From assembly GCA_021613535.1 (NCBI GenBank), contig CP075494.1, positions 6,572,001 to 6,636,000 on the forward strand: a stretch of 64,000 nt of DNA. The letters are read 5' to 3'. The DNA comes from Adineta vaga. Taxonomy: Eukaryota; Animalia; Rotifera. Position numbers and translations under genes: made by a program. Below the pieces are notes generated by a model, which saw only the letters and a list, made by a program, of their open reading frames with translations, was not told the origin of the DNA and did no database searches. Below, one piece after another: positions 40,961-50,370 of the stretch (position 1 is its first letter; each line of letters opens with the position of its first letter).

Positions 40961-43900
40961 ATGTACACATTTTCAACATTACCGATTGAACTCGTCTATC
41001 GAATTTTGGATCATCTGTCTGGTTCTACACTATTTTGCTCAATGCAAAGTGTTTACCAACGTTTTAATCAAATTCTGAATATTTATCATCGATATCAAGT
41101 AAGTTTGCAAAGTACTTTACCTATCTTCTCATCTGTTCAAGCACACATCAGCCTCACAATATCTAACTTAATCAGTTTACTCAAAGAAAAAACAAATTTC
41201 ACAATTCCGAAGCAATTTCCACGAGTCAACCAAACACAACATTGACTCATGCTATTAAAACAACCTTTCCTTTCATCTGTTCTTTTCTATGTATGCACAT
41301 AGAATACATATCTTATTCAACGCGCACTCATGTGCCGCACAAGATTAAACCGCAGCATTAAAACACCTTTCCCGTTGTAACAATATATGTGTATGGTTCA
41401 GCAGTCGATCGATTAAATGAGGAGAGCTCATTAATCGGTGGACGACGCAGATATATATGTTTATATTCATCCTCACATTCTCTTTTCTGTAGAGTGCATC
41501 AATTCATTGATCTTTTCTTAATATGTTCACTATTGATGCATATCTCTTCTATTTCCTCCTCTCTGTCTCTCTGTCTCTATCTCTCACCTCTCTTGACCGA
41601 TATGTCGAGAGAAGGGGAGAAGAGAGAGAACGATATAAAAGGGAGAGCAATGATGAAATAAAGGGACATTTGATAATCTTAAAACACATTTGTTGTTACA
41701 TGGCGACCCTGGCAATCTGAACCTCACACTCCCGAATACACTACAAACGATATACACGAAATAAAAGAAAATAAGAATAAAGATGGATTTAATGAATGGA
41801 AGTTCAGAGAAAGTCACTGTTGAACAGGCAATACAAAAATTATCCGAAACAAACAAAAAGAACAATACACGACTTACTGACATAGAGAAGAAATTGGACG
41901 AAATATACACAAACATTATCAGTGGAAACAACGCTGGATCAAATAATCAACCAGAAGAAATAACAAATCGACAGGATACAATGGAAAAGCAAATAGAAAC
42001 TATACAAAATCGAACACAAGAATGGCAAAGCAAGACAACGTCACGACTAGAAGAAGATAAGCAACAGTGGAATAATTTCAAAAATGATGTACGAGATATA
42101 AAAGCGGATATACAAAAGATGAGTCAAGCTATGGCAAGAATTCAATTTACGGAAGAAGAGGAAGAACAACAACAGGTTGAAAACAGAACAATCACACTTC
42201 ATGAGGATGATAATAGATCAAGAAATAACGAAGCAACAGATATCAATCATACGACGGAACAACACACGACACGTCCGACAAATTTGAACGGTACAAACTT
42301 TCGCAATACAATGTCATCAATTAACTACGGCCCACCAACAACACATACAATCGTTATTCCACCAACATCAGCTATACCAACATTCAATGGAAGTATTACA
42401 GAAAATCCTCGACAATTCCTCATTAGAGTTCAAGAATACACAGAAACAGTCAATCATTGGAACGAACAATCCTTACTCAACGGAATCTCACAATTCCTTC
42501 GAGGAGCAGCTCTCGAATGGTACTGTCAATTACGGATATCTCACCGTCGACCACAGACATGGATAGAATTCGTTAACCTCTTTCTTAATCAATTCAATTC
42601 TCCAGTACGACGTGCACGACAAGAACAACTATGGAAAGAATGTCGACAGGAAGAAAATGAAACTATCAACGAATTCATTGTACGACTTCAAGCTATTTGG
42701 AGAGAACAGAAACCAAATGAAAATGAAGATGATCTCATCCGCCACTTAATGTGTAAAATGAAAAATAGTTTGTTATCAATGATTGGTGTGTCTCGATGTG
42801 TATCATTGGATGAAATCATTACAGAAGCACAAAAAGTAGAAGAAATCCTTTATCAACGATCTAAACAACAGCGTAACACCAGCAGAAAAGAATTTATGGA
42901 AAATTCCATGGTAGCAGATAACTATAACAATAATGATGCATACGAAATCCAAGCAATGTCTGCATATCAATCGAAAAGATATCCCAATGCATATACGAAA
43001 CGGACATATACAACAACAAATGATCGAAACAATTATCATACGAATCGACATACACATTATTCATCATATCCGACGAATAATTATCGACAGACACAATCAA
43101 CAAGTGAAATGAAATGTTATACATGTGGAGTAAGAGGTCATTTAATGAAGAATTGTCCTGGTCAATTTAATAACCAACAACATCAACAATCATGGTATTA
43201 TTCAAAAAACGATGGAGGAGCGCAAGGGAGACGGGACCCCGACGCTCCAATGTAATGTATCCCGTTCATCTGTCTGCTGAAATCCATACAATCAACTTTT
43301 CAAACACAAATCCATTGGTTCTGCCGGGAATAATTGGGGGACGGCGGACAGAAATACTCATTGATTCCGGCGCATCTCTAACACTCATTAACTTGAAATT
43401 CTTCTCAAAATTACCAGCACATTACCAACGACGAGCTCGTCTTCCTCCTCCACACCTATTTCTCCAATTAGCAGACAGATCACACCTACAAGTTAAATAC
43501 TCACTCGCTCTTCCGATTACTATTTCAAACTCAACTCGAATACATACAGTCTATGTGGTTCCACAACTCTGGAGATCTTGTATAGTAGGAAATGATCTCA
43601 TTCAGAAACACAACCTTCAAATAGATGGTGGTCGACAATATGCATACTTCAAAAGAATCAATCAAAACAAATTTTCGCATCAAACTAGAAAAGAAAATTT
43701 CCACAATGAAAAAGGATACACGCTATTGGCAATTGAACGTATTAAACTCCCACCATGGCACGCATACAATATTCGCGTGAAGCCAAACAAAACATTCAGA
43801 TTAACAAAAGATACAAACGATGACGATGAATATGAGATATCATCAATTAAACAAACTCCATGTGTAGCTAATGGGCTAATCACTCCACAGCGGGATATGA

Positions 43901-46900
43901 CACTTCAAGTAGCAAACTTGACAGAAAGAACAATAATGATACATAACAATCAACCACTTGCAATAATGTCCCGACTAAATCAAACTCAATTAAACATGAT
44001 ACAACATAGTCAACTGAATACGACGAACAAATCGAATGAATCACCAGCTGAAGATGAACCAAATCTCATCAACACAGATCTAAAAGAAGATCAAAAAGCA
44101 AAATTAAAACAACTGATAAAAACATTTCCAGGTGTGTTCAACAAACAAGCTGGTCGAACAAAAAAATTACAACATCATATCAATCTTATACCTGGATCGC
44201 AGGCATACAATTCACCACCCTTCAGATATGCTCCAACACGTCGGCAAGTAATTGAAGAAAACTTGAAAGAAATGACAGAGCAAGGAATAATTTCACCATC
44301 AAAAAGTCCATGGGCATCACCTGTCATCCTAGCACCGAAAAAAGACGGTAGCTTACGATTTTGCATCGACTACCGAAAACTAAACGCGATGACAATACGA
44401 GATGCATACCCTATTCCAAGAATAGACGATACGTTAGATTCATTACAAGAAGCAAAATTCGTGTCAACGCTCGATTTACGATCAGGTTATTGGCAAGTGG
44501 AAATGGACAAGAATTCAAAAGAAAAAACAGCATTCGTCACACATAAAGGTTTATTTGAATTCAATGTGATGCCATTTGGATTAACTAATGCGCCAGCAAC
44601 GTTTCAACGTCTGATGGATGTAGTATTGGCGGGTCTAAAATGGCAATGCTGTTTAGTCTATATAGATGACGTGGTGATTTACTCATCAACATTCGAACAA
44701 CATCTTATTGATCTAGAAAATGTATTTCAAGCATTAAAAGCAGCCAATCTCACATTAAAATCATCAAAGTGTCAATTCTGTCGTCGAGAAATGCGTTATC
44801 TAGGACACGTCATTACATCAAAGGGAATTAAGCCAGATCCTGATCTGATCAAATCAGTAACAAATTTTCCACAACCAAAAAAGATCAAAGAAATACAATC
44901 ATTTCTTGGCTTGACTGGCTATTATCGTCGTTTCATAAAAAATTATGCTAAATTAGCAGAACCATTACTTAGACAATTAAGAAAAGCGCAAAAAAGTAAT
45001 TATCACCTTCAATGGACACCAGATTGTACAACAGCATTCGAAACGTTAAAAAACAAATTAACTAATGCTCCAGTTATGAACACGCCAAATTTTGAACAAG
45101 CTTTTATTTTAGAATTGGACGCATGTGAATACGGATTAGGTGCAGTCCTGGCACAAGAATATGATGATAATAAATATGTTGTTGCATATGCAAGCCGGAC
45201 ATTATCAACAGCCGAACGAAAATATGGAGCAACTGAACGTGAAGCATTAGCAATTGTATGGGCAACAAAACATTTCCGACCATATTTAGAAGGAAATAAG
45301 ATTTATATTCGATCAGATTGCAAAGCTCTACAATGGATGAGAACAGCAAAAGACGTAACAGGTCGAATAGCCAGATGGGCTATGAAATTATCAACATATC
45401 AAATTGAAGAAATTTGTTATCGACCAGGAAAATCGAATGCAAACGCCGATTCATTATCACGTCATCCATTGAATGCTGATAAAGATCAACAACATGAATT
45501 ATCTACAATCGAAACAGGAATTAACATATGGGAAAATACTAACATTCTGGATGATATTAAAACAGAACAACAGATGGACTCAAAATTAATGCCTATTATT
45601 CAATGGCTACAATCAAATACTTCAGCAAATTTCAATGAGAAAAGAAATCCATATGTACTCATTAATAATCTATTATATAAAATAAAAAACTCAAATCGAC
45701 ATTATAACCAACGAATATTAGGTAATAAACACCTGTTAGTTATTCCAAAAACGAGACAAACCAAGCTGTTGCAATGGGCACATGATCACCCAACAGCAGG
45801 CCATGGAGGACAGCAAAAAACTTTATTTCGACTATCAACAAAAGTATTTTGGGAGTCGATGCGCAAAGATGTGTACAAATATGTAGCATCATGTCACGCA
45901 TGTCAACAGTTTAAATACATAAATGCACCAACATCAAGTCCTCTTCAATTACATATAGTTAAAGAACCATGGCAAACAATTGGTATAGATATTATGGGAC
46001 CATTTCCAACTACAGTTAGACAAAAAAGATTTCTTTTGGTCATTGTTGATTATTTCACAAGATGGATCGAATTATTTCCTCTTCGATCAATTACATCAAT
46101 AGATATGGCGAATATATTAACCAATGAAATCTTCTCAAGATATGGCATACCGAAATATATCGTATCGGATAATGGTCCTCAATTTATTTCAAACTTATTT
46201 CGAAATTTTTGTGAAACGCTTGGAATTCAACAAAATCTTACCGCAAATTACCACCCCCAAAGTAACATGACGGAACGTGTGAATCGAACATTAAAACCAT
46301 TAATAGCAATTTACGCTCAACGGCAACCACATACATGGGATAAAGAAATTCAAAAAATAGCATTTGCTATACGAACAACAATGAATGAAACAACAGGTGA
46401 AACTCCAGCTTTCATGATGTTCGGTCGAGATCTTAGAGGTCCTTTAGACTCATTATTGAGTGATCCAATAGAAGGAGCACCACCAATAACAGTTGAACAA
46501 ACACAGATCCAAGAATATAAAAATTATTTAATCAATCAATTGCAATATGCATATAATTTAGTTAAAGAACATTCAGAAGTAGAAAAATCAAAACAAAAGA
46601 TAAATTACGATCGATATACATCTCAAAGACAATACTCAGAAGGTGATCTTGTTTGGGTAGCAATTCCAACAAGACATATTGGGGACAACTCAATCAGTGG
46701 AAAATTACAACCACATTACCAGGGACCGTGTCAACTTGTAAAGCAATTAGCACCTAATACATTCACGGTACACCGTTTGAGCGATAATGTGAATTTAGGA
46801 GCTACAAACGTCGATCGTTTAAAACCATATTTTAAACAAGAAACAGATGACTCGAAACACAAAGATGATCAATCAACAGTATTAATGAAGAACAATGATC

Positions 46901-49900
46901 TATCACCAAAAGATCTATCTACATTAAATAAAACGCACAATTTCGATCATTCAACTGATATGAACTCAACAATACAACAGCGAGTATCTAATCGACACCG
47001 CAGGGCGCCGATTAGATACATTGAGCAATAACCAAATAGCAATTAACATAAAACAGTGGGGAGAGGAAGAGATAAACTCAGTCACACGTTTATCTGATAA
47101 GAACGAAAAGAAGAAACACTAGGAAGTCATCCATCACAAATATCTTATCTCTAATAAAAAAAAAAAAAAAAAAAAAAGAAAAGAGAGGAGAATAAAAGTT
47201 AATACCTACCGTCACTCAATTACCTGAACGATTCGGAACAAAATGCAACTCAAACTGATATGGTTTACGGTCTTTGCTTTAACAATACAATCAATAGCAA
47301 CACTGAATATTACATTACCAAAACAGGATATTCTACACAAGTCATCCGGACTAATTATGAATTATATAGCGGAATACAAGCCGGCGGACAATATAATATC
47401 GATTACAGTATCAATTCCTATGTTTAAGGACATGTGCTATCTGGTGCCTATCAAGGCAATGAAAAAGATTCCTCAATGTATGATCAAGTCAGATGTAGAC
47501 AACAAAATGACTGAACGAAAATCGAAGAGATCAATCACAAAAGAACGGTATAAACAACAAAGAAGAAAACGATTTCTACCCACACTGATTCCAATTGCAA
47601 TGGGTACAGCGACAACGATATTATCAGCAATAAATTTATTACAAGGCGCAAATCTTCAACAGCAAGTAAAAACAACCTTCGATACAATCAATATTATGAG
47701 AGATACAATGGACGTTCACGCAAGTCAAATTTTCCAATTAACAGCTGGTCAAATCCGTTCAACCGAAGAACTTTATCATACACAAATGGCATTAAACAAT
47801 ACAATCAAAATAGTAAACGAACATTCAGATGGAATAAGACAAAATCAAATGGCTATCAAAGCCCTATCAGAAACACTTAGAATATTTCAAAACAAACTAA
47901 CAACGTTCATGCACAATGTAGAAACACATTTCATACACGATTCCGTCGAAGATATCTTGGCCAATAAACTTAATTTACGATTTATACACCATCGAGATCT
48001 ATCTCGAGTAATTGAGATCGTAATGCGTGAAACGAATATAGTGGTAGACAAAGACAATGATGAACTGCCAATGTTCGAATTAATCAACCGCCTATTAGTT
48101 CAACAACGTGTCGAATTCATATCGGCAAAAGATCCATATAGAAGCAATCAAGAGAGAATAGGAAATTTGTTATTCATCTCATTTTTTGCCGCAACAGATA
48201 AAAATCAACACACATTTTCGACATATAAATTAATTCCAATACCGTTTAATCACGAAAATCAAAGAGCTAAACTTGCACAAGTACCATCGATGGTGAGCAT
48301 TTCAATGGAAAAAATAGAAATGATCCAGTGGACAAAAGAAGAAGCTGCAACATGTCATTTCAAATCAACATCTTCATGTCGTGAAACACCACCGATTAAG
48401 AAAAATTGGCAACAAAGTTGTTTATTCGAAATAATAACCGATTCAAAATTAACCAATTGTCGAATAGAAGCCGAATTAGAACCAATTTTCATACAAAGAA
48501 TCGGAAATCAATGGGCTGTTTCAACGAAAAATAGTACAAAATGCCATCAAGTAGCTCATAAAGATCAAGAGGAAGTTGTAATTACAACAAATACTGAAAT
48601 AATTCTTCCACCAATTGCTTTAGTACCAACAAACAATTTGACTTCACTTAGTTGCGATCATTTTTTCCTGCCAAAACTAACAACAAACATCAGTCAACAA
48701 ATATCAATTATTGAAGAGAAAACAATGACGGAGGCGAAATCCGATGTCATTGATTTAGATACACACATTAAAAATACAACGAAATGGGAAAAGATCCCGT
48801 ACATCTCCTCAGACAATTTAAACATGTTTGAATATTTAATGAAAACATCACTCGCAAAAACAACGAAATATGTCCAAACAACATGGTATGAATCATTAAT
48901 ACCAAAAATAATTGTTATTCTAGTTTTTGCAATCGTTGCTCTTTCAATAATCTGTACATATTTGATGTGGACAATCAAAAAGAAAAAGCTTATAAAAATA
49001 ATCAACATGCCAGCAACATGAATCAACAACAACGGTCCAACATTTAAGAAAAAAAAAAAAAAAAAAAAAAAAAGAAAAGAGAAACACACTGCCAATACAC
49101 TTATCAGTTTATGTTCGGGAGTTTCGGTGGATTATTTGTTTTTCGTATGTCTTTTTATTAAATGTCACTTCACGTGCTTACTAACGCGTTTGTTTTTTGT
49201 TTTTTGTTTTGTGCGTTTTCTTCTCTTCTTTCTGCTCTGCTCTTATGCTTTCATTTCAAATTCATCTTCACACGTTTTTACCACCTTGTACAAAATTCAG
49301 TTACATACTTATTAACTTGACTATCTGCATCGAATGTATATACACATATACCGAAGTGTTACTTCCCATATTCATGAAAGACGCCCAGGAGTGCGTCTAA
49401 TCTGAGTGGGAGGGTGTAACAATATATGTGTATGGTTCAGCAGTCGATCGATTAAATGAGGAGAGCTCATTAATCGGTGGACGACGCAGATATATATGTT
49501 TATATTCATCCTCACATTCTCTTTTCTGTAGAGTGCATCAATTCATTGATCTTTTCTTAATATGTTCACTATTGATGTATATCTCTTCTATTTCCTCCTC
49601 TCTGTCTCTCTGTCTCTATCTCTCACCTCTCTTGACCGATATGTCGAGAGAAGGGGAGAAGAGAGAGAACGATATAAAAGGGAGAGCAATGATGAAATAA
49701 AGGGACATTTGATAATCTTAAAACACATTTGTTGTTACACCCGTTTCTAACAAATGTCTCTATTCCAACTCTTAAACAATGCAACAACTATCTTTGAAAC
49801 ACACCGAATAAAATAAAGTGAATTGTTTTATATTCTACCCCGACTCAATACGATCTTTCGCAAACCAAATCTAAAAATAACAATCCAAAACCAATTGAAA

Positions 49901-50370
49901 CAAACAAGTATCACTACCTTCAGTACAGTACTCACTCTACTCATCCGACGATTCAAACACTAACTCAGTATTAATCAAACAAGCAACAAATTCTCTTTTC
50001 ACTCCATAAACCCAGATCGAACACTTTCACACACTACCGCCACACCTCTTGTGTAATGCTATATCTAGTTGAAAAACATTCCTCTAAAGTTCCGATTGCT
50101 TTGCCCACATTCTCGAAAGGAATATTCTATACATAGACACTCACCACACTAAATCTCGGGTGCAATCGAATCGGTGATCGAGGAGCACAACATATTGGTG
50201 ATGCCTTGCGAATAAATACAGTAATACTCATTCGCTCTTGTCCTAATTGATACACCCATGCTCTCTCTTCTCTATAGACACTTACCACACTAAATCTCGG
50301 GGGCAATCAAATCGGCTACCAACAAAGAAAGAATCTCCGAAATGCTTTTGGAAATAGGTTGATGTTGTAG
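40961..50370 (+). CDS. F-box + RI-type LRR gene interrupted by the LTR element in intron 1
   Basis: Exon 40961-41098 F-box 'LPIELVYRILDHL', phase-0 donor; 84-nt LRR exon 50137-50220 'TLTTLNLGCNRIGDRGAQHIGDALRINT'; last exon 50278-50370. All phase 0, giving about 104 aa if spliced. Confidence 0.75.
41376..41700 (+). repeat. 5' LTR
   Basis: TGTAACAA...TTGTTACA 8-bp inverted termini; TATAAAA at 41634; AATAAA at 41657. Confidence 0.97.
41701..41714 (+). other. Primer-binding site, probably tRNA-Arg
   Basis: TGGCGACCCTGGCA directly after the LTR; its complement ends ...GGGTCGCCA like metazoan tRNA-Arg 3' ends. Confidence 0.7.
41783..43255 (+). CDS. gag: Gag polyprotein
   Basis: N-terminal coiled coil, capsid-like 'IPTFNG...FLRGAALEWY...QEENETINEF', zinc knuckle CYTCGVRGHLMKNC. 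Confidence 0.95.
   Translation: MDLMNGSSEKVTVEQAIQKLSETNKKNNTRLTDIEKKLDEIYTNIISGNNAGSNNQPEEITNRQDTMEKQIETIQNRTQEWQSKTTSRLEEDKQQWNNFKNDVRDIKADIQKMSQAMARIQFTEEEEEQQQVENRTITLHEDDNRSRNNEATDINHTTEQHTTRPTNLNGTNFRNTMSSINYGPPTTHTIVIPPTSAIPTFNGSITENPRQFLIRVQEYTETVNHWNEQSLLNGISQFLRGAALEWYCQLRISHRRPQTWIEFVNLFLNQFNSPVRRARQEQLWKECRQEENETINEFIVRLQAIWREQKPNENEDDLIRHLMCKMKNSLLSMIGVSRCVSLDEIITEAQKVEEILYQRSKQQRNTSRKEFMENSMVADNYNNNDAYEIQAMSAYQSKRYPNAYTKRTYTTTNDRNNYHTNRHTHYSSYPTNNYRQTQSTSEMKCYTCGVRGHLMKNCPGQFNNQQHQQSWYYSKNDGGAQGRRDPDAPM
43192..47031 (+). CDS. pol: Pol polyprotein (protease, RT, RNase H, integrase)
   Basis: PR 'LIDSGAS', RT 'MPFGLTNAPATFQ...YIDD', RNase H 'LELDAC...EREALA...SDCKAL', IN HHCC finger plus 'GIDIMGP...SDNGPQF...ERVNRT'. 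Confidence 0.97.
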   Translation: MVLFKKRWRSARETGPRRSNVMYPVHLSAEIHTINFSNTNPLVLPGIIGGRRTEILIDSGASLTLINLKFFSKLPAHYQRRARLPPPHLFLQLADRSHLQVKYSLALPITISNSTRIHTVYVVPQLWRSCIVGNDLIQKHNLQIDGGRQYAYFKRINQNKFSHQTRKENFHNEKGYTLLAIERIKLPPWHAYNIRVKPNKTFRLTKDTNDDDEYEISSIKQTPCVANGLITPQRDMTLQVANLTERTIMIHNNQPLAIMSRLNQTQLNMIQHSQLNTTNKSNESPAEDEPNLINTDLKEDQKAKLKQLIKTFPGVFNKQAGRTKKLQHHINLIPGSQAYNSPPFRYAPTRRQVIEENLKEMTEQGIISPSKSPWASPVILAPKKDGSLRFCIDYRKLNAMTIRDAYPIPRIDDTLDSLQEAKFVSTLDLRSGYWQVEMDKNSKEKTAFVTHKGLFEFNVMPFGLTNAPATFQRLMDVVLAGLKWQCCLVYIDDVVIYSSTFEQHLIDLENVFQALKAANLTLKSSKCQFCRREMRYLGHVITSKGIKPDPDLIKSVTNFPQPKKIKEIQSFLGLTGYYRRFIKNYAKLAEPLLRQLRKAQKSNYHLQWTPDCTTAFETLKNKLTNAPVMNTPNFEQAFILELDACEYGLGAVLAQEYDDNKYVVAYASRTLSTAERKYGATEREALAIVWATKHFRPYLEGNKIYIRSDCKALQWMRTAKDVTGRIARWAMKLSTYQIEEICYRPGKSNANADSLSRHPLNADKDQQHELSTIETGINIWENTNILDDIKTEQQMDSKLMPIIQWLQSNTSANFNEKRNPYVLINNLLYKIKNSNRHYNQRILGNKHLLVIPKTRQTKLLQWAHDHPTAGHGGQQKTLFRLSTKVFWESMRKDVYKYVASCHACQQFKYINAPTSSPLQLHIVKEPWQTIGIDIMGPFPTTVRQKRFLLVIVDYFTRWIELFPLRSITSIDMANILTNEIFSRYGIPKYIVSDNGPQFISNLFRNFCETLGIQQNLTANYHPQSNMTERVNRTLKPLIAIYAQRQPHTWDKEIQKIAFAIRTTMNETTGETPAFMMFGRDLRGPLDSLLSDPIEGAPPITVEQTQIQEYKNYLINQLQYAYNLVKEHSEVEKSKQKINYDRYTSQRQYSEGDLVWVAIPTRHIGDNSISGKLQPHYQGPCQLVKQLAPNTFTVHRLSDNVNLGATNVDRLKPYFKQETDDSKHKDDQSTVLMKNNDLSPKDLSTLNKTHNFDHSTDMNSTIQQRVSNRHRRAPIRYIEQ
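43204..43265 (+). other. -1 ribosomal frameshift signal
   Basis: A AAA AAC heptamer (43204-43210) in gag frame within the gag/pol overlap; stem GGAGCG (43217-22)/CGCTCC (43243-48); ACGGGA (43231-36) complementary to TCCCGT (43260-65). Confidence 0.8.
47243..49021 (+). CDS. env: Env-like class I fusion glycoprotein (ORF3)
   Basis: Signal peptide, furin site RRKR (47561-47572) followed by hydrophobic 'FLPTLIPIAMGTATTILSAI', heptad-repeat region, Cys-rich domain, C-terminal TM and basic tail. Confidence 0.9.
   Translation: MQLKLIWFTVFALTIQSIATLNITLPKQDILHKSSGLIMNYIAEYKPADNIISITVSIPMFKDMCYLVPIKAMKKIPQCMIKSDVDNKMTERKSKRSITKERYKQQRRKRFLPTLIPIAMGTATTILSAINLLQGANLQQQVKTTFDTINIMRDTMDVHASQIFQLTAGQIRSTEELYHTQMALNNTIKIVNEHSDGIRQNQMAIKALSETLRIFQNKLTTFMHNVETHFIHDSVEDILANKLNLRFIHHRDLSRVIEIVMRETNIVVDKDNDELPMFELINRLLVQQRVEFISAKDPYRSNQERIGNLLFISFFAATDKNQHTFSTYKLIPIPFNHENQRAKLAQVPSMVSISMEKIEMIQWTKEEAATCHFKSTSSCRETPPIKKNWQQSCLFEIITDSKLTNCRIEAELEPIFIQRIGNQWAVSTKNSTKCHQVAHKDQEEVVITTNTEIILPPIALVPTNNLTSLSCDHFFLPKLTTNISQQISIIEEKTMTEAKSDVIDLDTHIKNTTKWEKIPYISSDNLNMFEYLMKTSLAKTTKYVQTTWYESLIPKIIVILVFAIVALSIICTYLMWTIKKKKLIKIINMPAT
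49404..49414 (+). other. Polypurine tract
   Basis: GAGTGGGAGGG abutting the 3' LTR. Confidence 0.8.
49415..49739 (+). repeat. 3' LTR
   Basis: Matches the 5' LTR except one C/T difference seen by eye (41539 vs 49578). Confidence 0.97.

Larger units (their letters stand above)
41376..49739 (+). mobile_element. Full-length env-containing Ty3/Gypsy LTR retrotransposon (8364 bp)
   Basis: Two 325-bp LTRs, 5-bp TSD CCCGT (41371-41375 and 49740-49744), PBS, PPT, uninterrupted gag, pol (PR-RT-RH-IN order) and ORF3. Confidence 0.98.

Noticed and set aside
41389-41720. ORFs inside the LTRs (also 49428-49750)
   Set aside because: Arise from CT/GA low-complexity sequence; duplicated only because the LTR is.
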